From Octopus sinensis (taxonomy: Eukaryota), in the NCBI RefSeq assembly GCF_006345805.1, contig NC_043016.1, positions 3,782,001-3,846,000 on the forward strand: a stretch of 64,000 bases of DNA, read 5' to 3'. Of this stretch, positions 22,706-36,660 are shown piece by piece. The notes beneath the pieces are model-generated. The model worked only from the letters and a program-made list of their open reading frames with translations. It was not told where the DNA came from and ran no database searches. The position numbers and the translations under genes were made by a program. Position 1 is the stretch's first letter. The number at the start of each line of letters is the position of its first letter.

Positions 22706-25195
22706 ACAATGGCTATCTTTATCTGTGTGTATTGGCATATCCCAGAGTATGGTTGCTTTCTCGTTTTCTGTGACCTTTTCTGGTCTGTGCCTATACCATC
22801 TTTTTTCTGTTGTTATTCCATAATGTTGGTATATCTTCCAGTGTATGTAGGTCCAAACTCTGTCGTGTCTGTGAATATATTCCTTCTTAGCCAGGACTGG
22901 GCAGCCAGAAATAATATGATTTATTGTTTCTTGTCCATCTCCACATATTCTTCAGTTACTTGTTATATTTCTTTTCATTACATGTTTTTGGTAATTTCTG
23001 GTGGGGAGGCTTTGGTCTTGTGCTGCAATTAAAAGTCCCTCCGTCTCTCCTTTGAGTCCTGAGCTTCTCAACTACTGCTGGGATTTTTCTTTGTCTATTT
23101 CTTTTGCATTTAGTTTAGTCCAGTACTTGCCATGAAGGGACTTTTCTTGCCATCGTTTTATCATGGTCCGTTGCTGTTCTAGTTTTAGTTTTAATTTCAT
23201 TTGCTTTATGGTTTTTGTTGTGTTTTCTTCTTCTTTTTCTTCTTCTTCTTCATATTTGTTAGGTGATATGATTTCTTGTTTGTATTTGTCAGCTTCCTTA
23301 AATACTGAGAACAATATTTTGTTTTGCTCGTGTTTTGCCGCTATTTGTATCAGTTTTCCTTCCTTCTGAAGTAGGTATTTTTGCAGTCCTATGGTGGTTA
23401 TTTTATAGTGGTTTTCCAGCTGTATAAGGCCTCTACCACCTTCTATACGTTGTATATATAGCCTTTCTATGTCAGATTTTGGGTGATGCCTCCTAGATCC
23501 TGTCATTATTTTTCTTGTTTTCCTATCTATTTTGGTCAGGTCATTTCGTGTCCAGTTAAGGGTAGTGTAGCTGTAACTTATAACTGGGACAGCTAAAGTG
23601 TTGATACCTATTATCTTGTTTTTAGCATTGATCTCTGTTTTTAGTATTCTTTATTTTCTTTTTCATTTGTGTGTGTTGTATCATATCTAGTTCATGGATT
23701 CCTAAATATTTTTTTTATGTTTGGCTTTGGTCTAATTCTCTTATTTAATTGGCTTTATCCAGTGTGATGTTGCTACTCCTAACTAGTTTTCCTCTTTTCA
23801 GGGTTACTTTTTGGCAGATTTGTCTAATCCAAATTTCATATATATTTCTTTGGTGAATCCATGAACTGTCTTTAATAGAGTTTGCAGCTGTTTGTCATTT
23901 GTAGCGTATAGTATTAGGTCATCCATATATAAAAGGTGGCTGATCGTTTTGCCGTAACATTTATATCCGCATCCAGTTCTATTTAGCATATTAGATAGAG
24001 ATGACAGTGCCAAGCAGAAAAGGAGTGGAGAGAGCGTGTCTCCCTGGAATATTCCTCTTCTAATGGGGATGGCTTTGGTTTTCACGAGTCCCTCTTTTGT
24101 TTGGAGGTGTAGGACTGTTTGCCATTTATTCATAAAGTGTCCTATGTATTTTATAATTATTGGTGCTACCTTGTTAATGGCTAGTGTTTCGAGGATCCAT
24201 GTGTGGGGGATACTATCAAACACCTTTCTGTAGTCGATTCATTCCATACTGAGGCCTTTCTTCTTTCTGTGGCCTTCAGTTATGGCTTTATTGATCATTA
24301 GTTGATCTTTACAGCCATATGAGCCTTTGCGGCATCCTTTCTGCTCTTCTGGAAACATGTTGTTTTCGTCCAGGTGCTTGTTTAATCTTTGTGATACTAC
24401 TGCAGTGAATGCTTTGTACATTGTAGGAAGACAGGTTATAGGTCTGTAGTTTTCTGGTTTTGCTGTCTCATTAGATTTGGGGATTAAGATGGTTTTCCCT
24501 TTCGTGAGCCATTCAGGCATTGTCTCTGGCTCTGCTTGTATGTTGTTAAAGTTTTCAACCAGCTTTTTGTGTATACCTGTCAGATATTTCAACCAGAAGT
24601 TGGGGATCTTGTCATGCCCAGGTGCCTTCCAGTTGCTTAGTCTTTGCAGTGACTGGGTGACCTCTTCAGTTGTTATGGGGGTCCAAAGTTGCTCAGATGC
24701 TGAGTTTGTTGTTTTAATACTCCTTTTTTTTCGTTGTTCGTTCGCCGACCATATTTCTCTCCAGAATTCTTCCACTTCTTCTGCCGTTGGTGCTGCAGTG
24801 ATTTCTATTTTATTTTTGCCAAGTTCTTGGTAGAACGTTTTGGGATTGGAGTTGAACTGTTTGTTTTGTTCAAAGAAACGTTGGCGTTTCTCATACCGGC
24901 GGATCCTTTGTGCTTTGGCAAGGATATCTTGCTTTAGCTTTTCTTTTATCTCAGGTAAATCTTTTTCTGTGATGTTGTATTTGCGGAGTGTTTTTGTTTT
25001 CTTTTTGTTGCTTAGTAGCGTTGATTACCTACTGAATTCATTAAGAATCGACAGATCTTTTCTCATTATTTGTATTCTTTTTAGATGTTATTTATCCACA
25101 GGGTTTATTTTGGTGGTTGTACTCCTGTTTGGATGGGTTTGAGGGAGTATCTAGCTTCTTTTGTGGCTGCAGTGGCTGCTGCATATACTAAGTCA
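22706..25195 (-). mobile_element. R4/Dong-clade LINE, degenerate and truncated at both ends
   Basis: PENYRPITCLPTMYK, EEQKGCRKGSYGCKDQL, GIFQGDTLSPLLF, HLLYMDDL, HHPKSDIERLY..R.EGGRGL and the CCHC (CRICGDGQETINHIISGC). It breaks at ILWDMPIHTD, and the 5' side abuts (ATT)n. Confidence 0.93.
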
Positions 25196-25209
25196 TAATT
25201 ATTATTATG

Positions 25210-25244
<35 letters not shown>

Positions 25245-25622
25245 GTTTATCAATAATAACAATATCATAATACGTCTATGCTTAGGACCAGATAAATAAC
25301 AATTTCTTATCTTATATGTATTGAATTATAAGATATATATGTATGCTATCGAGGTTCTAATTTTGTTAAATGAATAAATAATCCAACATTCTAATATCCG
25401 AAATTTGATGAACAAACTAAATTTGTTTCCTCATTTTCTTATTTGCATTATGAATTTACGGTAAAAATATTTCTTTACCTCACCCGTTTGATACAATAAA
25501 TGACATAATTGCATTGCAATTAAAACATTATGTATTAAGAATCTGGGTATTTTACCAACAGTATATTGGATAAATGATATCCCATAGTGGGTTACACCCA
25601 TAACCCCTATCTTACTTTGTAC

Positions 25623-25676
<54 letters not shown>

Positions 25677-26132
25677 ATTCAAAAATGATTTCAAAGGGAT
25701 ATGTAATACTGGCGGTTACCTTTTTTCCTTTTCAATCGGCTTGATATGCCGGCTAACCACAGCTACTTTAAGATTACATCTAACTCCACATACCAAACTT
25801 AGCTGAGCTGAACGATGGGTCAATGAAAATTTAACTATCTATAGTGTCACCAACACCCCCTAAAAATTATTTATTCATTCAACTCCTTGATTTCTTCAGT
25901 TTAACTTCGAATGGCAGTAAGATATGACCCTGATCATACTGTACCGACATTAACACCAGTTTGCACAACTAACAGCGTGCAGTTGATGCTGCTGAAACGT
26001 GCGTAGGTGCACGAAAGAAAACTGTAAATAATTGTTTAATAAAATTATAGATGTTGAAAATCTCCGTTCTCCTCATTATTTTTAATACTATACATACATA
26101 TATACATGTGTGTGTGAGCGCGCGTGTGTGTT

Positions 26133-26182
<50 letters not shown>

Positions 26183-26672
26183 CACACACACAGATATATA
26201 TATATGTGTGTGTGTGTGTATATATGTGTGTGTGTATGCATGTATGTATATATGTATTTACGTAATTATGTATGTATGCATCAAAAGCAAATGTTATTAA
26301 AGTATTACAGACCATGAAATTACATAAAGTAATTATTTGCTACGGAATGAAAGAAACTAAGTTTAATTTTCTGTTTTTCTTGTTAAATTCAATTGTGGGT
26401 TTCTTTCTCTAAAATAATTTCTTGAGTTTTACAATATAAACCAGATGAAGTCAAATTGATGTCTTCATTTATTATCTTTATAACTGGAGTTCAAAATAAT
26501 TCGTTAAAACACTACACACACGCACACACGCATATATATGTAAATCTATTTTTCTATCTATCTATATCCATCTCTATAACTATCTCTCTATCCATCTATG
26601 TATATATATATATATACATATATATATTTATTATATATATATATATATATATACAATATATATATATACATA

Positions 26673-26740
<68 letters not shown>

Positions 26741-27655
26741 CGTATATGCATATATATATATATGTGTGTGTATGTATGTGTGTATGCATGTATATATATA
26801 TATATATATATATAATATATGTGTGTGTGTGTGCATTTAGTCAAATCAAATAAATTTGTATGTTTGCGTATATGTGTGTATGAGGACGTGTGGGTGGTAG
26901 TGCCAGTATGTGTACCCGTATGAGTGCGTATGAGGGCGTGCGGAGTATGTGTATTCATGGCTGTGTGTATATGTGAGTGTGCATGTATGTATGCGTGTGT
27001 GCGCGTGAGTGTGTATATATGTATGTGTGCACGTCTTCGTATATGTATGTGTATTAATGCGTGAGTAGAGAGCTCTGTTAGTACATATAAGGATATGCCG
27101 AGGTGTGTGTGTGTGAGGTAGATGTGTGTATATAATGTGGCCGGTGTATGCTGGTATGTTTGAAATGGATAAAGGTAAGTGGAAATGAAGAGTGAAAAAA
27201 TAAAAAGTAAAATTCATGAAAAATAGAAAAATACGGAAATAAGACACCAATACACACACCAACGCACACACACATACACACACATATATAGAAGATAGGG
27301 TATAAATTAATGGTCATTACATATTTTTCCTTTATTTGAGCAAATTTAGCTTACAGCTGTTTCCAGACTACAGATACGTTGCTGATAGGCTATTCAGTTG
27401 GTCTGCTGATCAGTTGAGGGAAGTTGAACGACCGGAACTATATTGTATAATGATCATTATTTGTGCTTTGCCTAGCACAAACACACACACGCATACGCAC
27501 GCACTAACATGCGCGCGCACACACGTAGTTGAAATTTACAGAAAAACAAAACAACAAGCAGATACATTAGTTTGGACGCTCGGGAAAGTGAGAGTGTTTT
27601 ACGTATCTAGCATCACGCTCTTTACCCGAAAAGAACACAAGGGAATAAAGAGAGA

Positions 27656-27726
<71 letters not shown>

Positions 27727-27769
27727 ATATATACATGCACACAAGCATATAAGATTTAAAAAAAACACA

Positions 27770-28560
27770 GATTTGTTTCACAGGATTAAGTGGTATATTA
27801 GAATCATAATAAAGATAGTATACAATTGTGTACGAAATATGATTTTGTCTTTCAACATAATTAGAGTAAGGACCAGTTTCGCGTTGCTCATCAAGCTAAG
27901 GATTGAAAAATAGACATATTGCTGGGCGGGAGACCTATTACTTAGGAGATAATTGTTCGCTCATTTATTTTACAATAAAAGAGAGGTAAATCTGTAATCT
28001 TTGTTGTTGGTCTGTATTTTATTCTGGCTTATATCTTAAAATAGAAGGGGTAAGTTTTTTATTATTAATATCGGTTCATATATAATTCTGGTTTATATTC
28101 TTGGATAAACGAGGCTTCCTTTTTCAGTCTTACTTGTGTGGAGTTCCAGAAAGCAAGTTGATAAAATGGGAAAATTATGAATTGTGGTTGTAACCGTTCT
28201 GCACATTCGTCAATGTGTTGACTGAGACATATTTGGCGATACTTTTAGGTGGAAATTTGTTGTCTGTGGACTGTACGTCTCTATCTGATTGACATTGCTG
28301 TCGAACCTATATAGTTTCGAAGGTAGCCCGAGCATCTGATTACGTAAATAAGGTATTGAAGTTAAATTTGATAAGGTAGTGAAGTTAAATTTGATTTTGA
28401 ATATTAGCACTTGTATGAAATGGAATTCCAATCCTTCTATCAGATTGGCAAATAGAGCTACCATACTTTTCGACATATTATTCCGTAAATAGAGCGACCA
28501 CACTTTTCGACTTATTATTATGACTCTAATATACTCCTTAATCCTGTAACACAAATCTTT
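27770..28560 (-). mobile_element. 5'-truncated PLE (GIY-YIG endonuclease plus 3' UTR with degenerate HHR) with a short inverted 5' segment
   Basis: LIYVIRCSGYLRNYIGSTAMSIR*RRTVHRQQI...LSQHIDECA...FIIFPFYQL is homologous to the EN at 470-860. 27770-27815 and 28515-28560 are inverted copies. Confidence 0.8.
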
Positions 28561-28789
28561 TGTTTTTTAAGCTTTTCTCTTTCTGTATATATCAAAGTAC
28601 ATTCGTTACCCCTCTAGAATATTTTCTACTATACATGTGTATATATTATATATATATATATTATATATATATATATAATATATATATATATATATGTGTG
28701 GTGTGTGTGTGGTGTGTGTGTATGTGTGTGTGTATACGTAAATGTCCAACAATGGAAATGAGTGCTCAACGCCGCATTATTGGATAAAT

Positions 28790-31470
28790 TTCTTTATTTG
28801 TGAATTAAGGCTACCATTTGTTTCATGTTTTAAAAAAAGCAAGAAAATATCCTAGTCTCTTAACAATTGTTCAAGCCGATTACATAGAAAAAGTTGTTCG
28901 CCCTCATTTTGGAAAACAGTCTCGCTTCGTTCACAGGGTTTCTCGTAAATTCACTTAAATAAAACAATGAATCAATGAGTCAAGGGACGTTACTCTTCAG
29001 TGGCATCTTTTGGATGTCTGTCGTCCTTGTATTTGTCTCTTGGGCAATTTTTTTGTGATCAATTTGTTATTATTATTTTGTTTTGTTTTTGGGTATAGTG
29101 TTCTTATACTTGTGTGCTGAGGTAGTTCGTCGTTGGGGCATATTTCTTCGTTTTGTGAAGTTTGTCTGTTATGTGTGTTCACCATTAGGAATAGGGGCAA
29201 TCCTGGTAGGGTTACCATCGCGTATAGGGTTCTTCTTTAAAATATTTGAGTGTAAAATATTGTTTGTGTATGCAGGGAGAGAAGATCAACAAACACTGGC
29301 TAAGCACTGAAAACGAACAAATAATCAAAGCCAACTCTGGAAAAACACGAAATAATGAAATCACTGAAAAATATTCCTATTCCAAGGAAAGTATATATTT
29401 GGCATCTTATCAATAAAACACATAATGTTCTGAGGAGAGAGAAGGCGAATTTTTTTGATTAAGGTACTTGCAGCCCTCATATAGAAGATAATTACGGCTT
29501 CATATATTATAAAAACCCACCACACATTAAAAGCCTAGAAAAGTTTGAAGACGATCTTATAAAGTTAGTTACAAACGTAAAATTCAACCAAAAACCCAAG
29601 TTCCAATACACATTACAGACATACTTCGAACCTTTCAAAACATCAACGAACATGTTTAGTAAAGCAGATAAAACAAAAAATATTTACGGAGTAAACAGCC
29701 AAACACACAACAAACTACTAACCGACAACATAACTAAAACATACAAGTAAACAAATCCCACAACTTGTAATTCAATTAATATAGAAGCAAAAATTTAGCC
29801 ACAAAGTTTAAAATATAAGACAAAATAGAAATGCTTATCCCACGAAGACGTTCTATAACTCTTAAAGAACATAAAAATAATTGTATGCCGCAGATTAATA
29901 AATCCGACAAAGAGTGAAATATTAGTAAATCCATATTAGATAATATTATACGATCATATCACACTCAAATCTTACCCAGTGGATATGCAATAGTGCAACT
30001 ATTGAATGGTTTAAGAAAATAGAAGATAAACCCAAATGCAAATTCATACAATACGATATCGTAGAGTTCTACCCCTTGATCTCCAAAAGCTTGCTTCAGA
30101 AGGCACTTGAACTTAGTAAGGCATATGTCACTATAACAAATCTTAACACAGGAAAATTTAAACCTTACCTCAAACAAAACGAGTAAGCCTTGAACATAGA
30201 CATAAGTTTAAATCACCCACCAGCAGTAATTAAACAAATAGTTAACAACATTAGTACGCGTGTCTCCAATTTATCCGTCGATAAAACACTTGCGAAAAAG
30301 CCACCCCATATTATAATTTTGCATTAGAAAGGTCCAACTTCAAGAATAGCATACACTACATTGAACCAAATATGAATAGACCAAAAACTCCCAGACAGAA
30401 AAAACTTATGGTTCACTCCACCTTATAGCATGAATGTAGCCACTAACATAGCTAGGAAATTCTTAAAACTAATAGACAACCACTTTCCATATTCACAATA
30501 ATACCACAAGATCTTGAACAGAAATACTGTTAAAGTTAGCTATAGTTGCCTCCCCTATAAAGGGTCAATAATACTCAATCACAATAAACATAAACACACC
30601 AGAAACACCCCCGAAAGACAATGCAACTGAAGATCTCCAAACCACTGCCTTCTAAACAGAAACTGTCTCGAGAATGAACTCGTATACAGGGCCAAGTTTA
30701 CGAACCCCAACGGAACAACAGAGACGTATATCGGAATAACGGGCAACTCATTCAAAGCAAGGTATACACAACATCTGGCGTCATTCAGAGGCCAAAAACA
30801 AAAATCATGCAACAATCCAGTCAAATATATGAACATTGAAAGAACGTGGAATAAGCAACTTCTAGATAGAATGGAAATCATTGCTAAAGCCAAAAAATAC
30901 AGAGAACGAAGTACCAAATGTGAACTCTGTTTTACCGAAAACTTAAACATTATACTATCAACAGATAATGTCCTAAACATTAGATATGATACCTTCTCTC
31001 TCAGCATACTGAATCAATATTTTACACTCAAATATTTTAAAGAAGAGCCTCGGTATGCGAGGATACCCCTACCAGGATAGCCCTTTTCCTAAACATGAAG
31101 CACATAAAACTCAAACTTCACAAAAAGAAGGAATATGCACCAATGATGAACTCCCAAAACACAAAATTATAAGAACACCATGTCCAGAACAAAAACAAAA
31201 TCATGCTGAATAACGCAAACAAATTGATCCCAAAACAATTGCCTAAAAGACAAATTCAAAGGAGACAAATATCCAAAAGATGTCACTGATTAGTAACGTC
31301 CTTTCATTCATCGATTTCTTGTTTTATTTACGCGAATTCATGAGAAATCCCGTGAATGAAGCGAGACTGTTTTCCAATTTGGAGGCGAACACCTTTTCCT
31401 CATGTGATCGGCTTGGAAATCGTTACGGCACCACAATATCTTTCTACTTTTCTTAACATGTGTATCTGTG
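28790..31470 (+). mobile_element. Penelope-like element with inverted terminal copies (pseudo-LTRs); RT core deleted, EN present
   Basis: LEKFEDDLIKLVTNVKF, KADKTKNIY, RLINPTKSEI, IEWFKKIEDKPKCKFIQYDIVEFYP, NHPPAVIKQI, WFTPPYSMNVATNIARKFLKLID, LVYRAKF..ETYIGITGNSFKARYTQH and KCELCFTE. 28790-29290 is an inverted, diverged copy of 30990-31470. Confidence 0.92.
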
Positions 31471-31519
31471 TTCTAGACATAGTAAGAAATTGTAGAGTAT
31501 TTGCTTCATCCACGCTTTA

Positions 31520-32200
31520 GGTTTGCAAGAATAGGAAGCATATCATAGATGGAGTGAACCAGAAAACTGACTCTAGTTGGCTCCTACGACTAAACTTATT
31601 TCTATCTTATCTTTTGCCCTACCACAGAATTCTCCCACGCAGCACCCATTTCTGTTGGCTACATTGTACCAACTCCCTACTGCATTTTCATCTAATCTTT
31701 CTTTATCTGGTAAGCTACTGCAGTCCTCTCTCCTCGTTCATGGCACAGTATAGTATGAACACATTGTTTCAAAAGCTTTCCCTATTCTTTTGTGGGTGGC
31801 CCACTGTATTCTGGTGCCGCACAAACTTCTCCATTGTCTCAGAAGTTACCCACTTTCTTCTAGTCGTTTAATTTTTATGTTATTGTTGTTGTCATACTGT
31901 TACATAGTTTCGATGCTGTGGACAGTTTCATCCTACTTTCTGATGGCTCCAAATCTGGGATCTAGAACAATACACACATTTATTCCCATACTGTTTATAC
32001 CTATCCTAAACTTGTAACAAGGGCTTTCCGAAGTGTTTTGCGGATCCAAGGAAAAGAGGTTACTGCATTTCACCTACTCCCAGATTAAGACTTCGTTTTC
32101 CAAGGTTTACTCTTATATACTTCATCACACTTTCACTGTTCCTAAAGTCCCAACGATAACTGATAGGAGGATGACATTGTTAACAACTTCATGCCAGCTT
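31520..32200 (-). mobile_element. Highly degenerate R4/Dong-like fragment(s)
   Basis: Only weak motifs remain (SVIVGTLGTV; LFLGSAK). Confidence 0.35.
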
Positions 32201-32714
32201 TCAATAATATCATAATACTCTTATTTTTTCTTTTCCTTATTCTTAATTGTGATATTAAATGAGCAAGTCGTATCAACTGCGGCAAAAGCCAACTTAATTT
32301 GATCTATTTTTGTTTTTTATAGTAAAATCTCACAATAACCACAATTCGATGATTTTCAAGCACTTTCGTTTTTTACCTCCATCAAATGATCGTAGCTCTT
32401 TGTCAGGTAAGTAAAACTTAGCTTCTTGCAAAAATTCCAAACAAGTATGGCACCCGTTTCTCATATGTAAACCTCTGTACTGCTCATGAACTCACGAGCA
32501 TCCTAATGTGAAAAGAGCAGTAGTTTCATTTACGCGGTCACATGCATTCTTTAGGTGACTGGACCCACTAAACTATATCATTCAGTTAATCTAATTTGCC
32601 ATTAAGGCTGTCGTTATGCTACTAAAATCATTTCTTTGATATTTTTCTTCAATATTTATTTATCAAAGTCAGATGTCCTTGTCATCCCTTAACTCTTGAA
32701 TAGACATAAGGAGA

Positions 32715-32900
32715 GAGAGCGTTTGAGAGAGTGTTAGTCGGTTGATTTAAACTCCAGTACTTACTGTTTCTTAATTTTCTCGATTCAGTAAGATATAGAT
32801 AAAGCTGGTCTACAATGATGTGAACTCAGAAAGAAAATAGTCGAAGCAAATACCATCAGGCATTTTGCCCGACACCCTAACGATTCCACCAATCCACCCG
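32715..32900 (-). mobile_element. Degenerate SINE of the same family as 59491-59721
   Basis: Forward ...ACTCCAGTACTTACTG...GTGAACTCAGAA...GCATTTTGCCCGACACCCTAACGATTC aligns loosely to that copy. Confidence 0.5.
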
Positions 32901-33949
32901 CTATCTTATAAATATCAGCTCACAGAAAGATTCCGTCTTATCTAGGTAATGTTGTGTCTGAAAATTGCTAAGCTTATCGTAATTTTAATCTGTTAAGTAA
33001 AAGATATATAGGGGATGAGAGAGTGGGGTAGAGAAAGAGGGGTGGATAAATAATGATAGAGAAAAAACGTGTGTTGCTGGGAAGATAGCAGACGACAGAA
33101 AAATAGGACCAGGAAGCCAGAGATTTTCCAATAATAAGTTTATCTTTTTTGCTACTCTACCACTAGCGTGGTTCATACGATTTCGAGTGAACCTGTTCAA
33201 CAATAATCATATTATCACCAATAATGAATGAATAAATAAATAAATAGATAAATAGATAAATAAATGCACTGCATCCAGATTGCTAGGCTACATCCTGGTA
33301 GCTAGAAATAACTTTATAGTAGTAAATTTAAGTGCAAACTTTTAAAATCTTGTGCTGTTCAGATATTGAGATAGCAGTGGCCGAATGGTTGGGATTAAGG
33401 ATCGATAGCGTGGAAGTCCATGATTTATTACAAATGTTGCACTGTGTATCTGGCTATCGTAATACTTGGCTACATTCGTCCAAATTCATAGGCACACTAC
33501 ACTGGTTCAGTAGATTCTGTGAGAAGTGAGCGAACAGTTGTATTTCTGACATCTTGCAATATTGTGTTCAGTTCCTACGACAGTTAAGCGATACATACAA
33601 CAGCTCAGCATCTTTCTTCAAAGAACCATTTCCTTAAATCCACTTAGCATTGTTCTTGAGATTTATATCTATGAATATCGGTCCACTGGAAAGGAAAATC
33701 AGTACATTAGTTACATTAGTACAGGATTGGATTAAACATCTGCAAGGAATGATTATAGTCAATTCATTCGGCTATATTACATATCTGTCTAACGAGCTCT
33801 CTTTAAATTTCATTCTTGTTCCTTTTCTCTTATTCCACACTTTATCACCTGTTCCATATTCACTGTCTTTAGTAGTTTCTCTGTCATTCTGCAAATATTC
33901 TAGTAGTTTTATTTTTCTATCCATCTGTACACTTTTCCACGGTAGTTAA

Positions 33950-36130
33950 GTCTCTTTCACACTGGTCTCTATTCAGGTACAGCCGGTTGATATCAGCTTT
34001 CGGGTGGTCAACTGCTTCCTAGTTTTTCTAAGTTTCTGTATGTCGTTTTTGGTCCAGTCTATAATTCCAACTCCATATCTGATTAGGGGTAATGCTCTTC
34101 TTTTCCATTCAGCTTTGACTACAATAATTTTCTCTCTTCTGGTATACTCTCTACTGGTAATTTGTTTCATTTCTTCGTGCTATATTTCATCTCATTCCAG
34201 TATCCCCAAATGCTTATACCGCTGTACTTTCTCAACCGCTCTCATTGTCTTCCCATTTGGCATTTTAATTCCCTTGCTTCGTTCAAATCTTCCTAGTTTC
34301 ACTTTCAACATAGCGCACTTTTCCATCTCAAATTCCAATCTTAAATCATTTGAGAACTTGCTAACAGTATGTATAAGGCTTTCGGGCTGCTTCTCATTTT
34401 TTACATAAATCTTTATATCATCCATAAAAGTGAGATGATATATCTAACCATATCATTTTTCCCAAATCGTAAGCTATTTTAACTTTACGCAATATCAAAC
34501 TGAGCGGTATATTGGCAAATACAAATAGTGGTGATATGCCATCATCTTGAAATATTCTACGTCTGATGTCCAGTCTTCCAAGTCTTTGTTTTCCTCCCAT
34601 CTTCCGTATTCTAATGTTTCATACTTTCATTACCTATTTTCTCCATATTTCTACCACTCCTACATGTTTATTGTTAACTTATTCAACTGCGTGGTACCAT
34701 GTCATATGCTCTTTTGAAATTTACCCATGCTGCATTCACTCCTGTCAATCAATGTCTTTTTTATCAACTAATAAGTGTTTTTTTTTTTGTTGCCTTACTT
34801 AGTTTCCTGGATCCTTTCTGTTCTTCTGGAAGTAGATTGTTAATTGTTACTTTCTAAATAATTATATCACATTTCCGCCAAGAAACCAGTCGTAAGCCTC
34901 CACATTATAAACAGGTTATAGGCCGAAAATTTGAGTCCACGTTACCTTTCAAGGGATCCTTGAGGCATAGCAGCGTTCGCCCATTTGTCATCCAGGTAGG
35001 GGCATGACCATGCTGCAGGTATTCATCTTTTCATGCAACTATGTAAAGTTCTTCAACCAGTAGACTTCTACTCCATCCAGAGCAGGTCCTTTAAAATATT
35101 TTATTTTCTTCTGCATCAGAAATCATTTCCTGGTGTTTCCCCTCTACTTCCTTTAAAAAAAACGGCTTCAATATTATTGGAACTGTCTTTTCTGTTAAGG
35201 TCTTTGCATCTAGCATGATATCTTTTCAGTTTGACCTTTAAGGCTCTCACCCTTTGTGACAATTCTTCTAACCTATGCTTTCCATTCAATTTTCTGATTA
35301 CCACCTTCATCTTTATCTCTCCTTTCATTATCCTATTCAGTTACCCCCAGTTCTTTCCGAGTCATTTCCAACTTCATTCGTATTCAATTCCTCTGGTTTC
35401 TTTCTTTATTTTCAATTCCTTTTATTTCTTCAGTTTTTTGTTTGTATCCTATTTTGTCAGCTACTGCATTAGCAGCAGCTATGATCAGCTGGTTTGTTTC
35501 ACTAATGTTTTTTGTTCTAATCAAGCTAAAAACGTCATTATTTTGGCTGTGGTTCTCCTTACTTTCCCTCTATCCATATACCTTACAGTTGGTGGTACTT
35601 CATTGTTCTCATCACACATTTTATCTCACCGAATTTCTAGAATATCTTCTTCGTCATTCAAGTCTTGTGCAGCAGTGACTGTCACTTATCCAACAAGATC
35701 ATCTTCGCTATTTGATTCATCAGGCAATCTTAGGGAGTGATTTACTTCTTTTTCATATTCTTCATCCCTTACCCTTTCAATACCACTTTCTGCTACTGCT
35801 ATTTCTACCCCTGCTTTCTCATTTTTTTTTATTCTTCACTGGATTTCTTTAATCTCTAATCCTGTAACCCAGTCGTTCATGCGAATTGTTCCTGCTTGGC
35901 CCAGCAGTCGCTTGGCAAATGCTTCAAAAACTCTTTTTCGTCTCATATTCTCTTCATTCCTTTTGTGCAACCTTTTTTATTTGGCATACTTCTCAGTCAG
36001 CATCCTACAGTGTAACGCTTTTTCTCATTTAATTCTCTTCATTTTTCCCTTTTTACTTCGATTCTGGTCCGGATCTATGACTTGATGACAACCTGTCGGA
36101 GTTGATCAGACACCCCTTGCCTGTTGTGCG
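33950..36130 (-). mobile_element. R4/Dong-clade LINE, divergent subfamily, degenerate (N-terminus through RT and thumb)
   Basis: RRIFQDDGISPLF, MDDIKIYVKNEK...EFEMEKCA...YKHLGILE, LIRYGVGIIDWTK.DIQKL and RLEELSQRVRALKVKLKRY. Confidence 0.85.
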
Positions 36131-36289
36131 CAACACCTTCACCGTTAATATTTCGAGGTCCCGCTAGTGCAGTTGTGATTATTATTTGATCTTGACATCA
36201 CTCATTTAGAGTTTGAATTTGTAAGGTTGTGCAATCACTAACGTGTTTATCGTAACGCCATCTTGCTAACCAAGACTCAGAGCGTTTAT

Positions 36290-36660
36290 GACTAACCTCG
36301 TATAAACTGCTTTCAGCTCCAACCTCTTATGCTTAGGTTGCCATATATTTGGTTTTGCACATAGTTTTGTTCGAGAGAATGTTTAAGAAACCATAAGAAA
36401 ATTATATTTGTTTTAAAATTTCAGATTACATAGTATTTTACGTAGGATATGGACAGTTCCCATAAGCACTATCTTTTGAATTTCTTCCTTTTCGGAGTTT
36501 CTTGGTATCTGAGCTAGGTAGGAATAAGCCCCTTTTGCTATCATTCGTAGAGTATCCATGACAACAGGTATTGTTCTAGTCTTGAGGTTCTACATTTTGC
36601 TAATTCTATTTCAAGATCTTTATACTTGCTCAGTTTTTGATAGGTCTTGCCAGATGCGTT
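36290..36660 (-). mobile_element. R4/Dong 3' end fragment (RLE C-terminus plus 3' UTR)
   Basis: QKLSKYKDLEIEL...; homologous to 37180-37510. Confidence 0.75.

Noticed and set aside
28830-29005. HHR in the PLE pseudo-LTR starting at CTGAAGAGTAAC
   Set aside because: The core box is present but I could not find matching stem I or stem III partners in either terminal copy.
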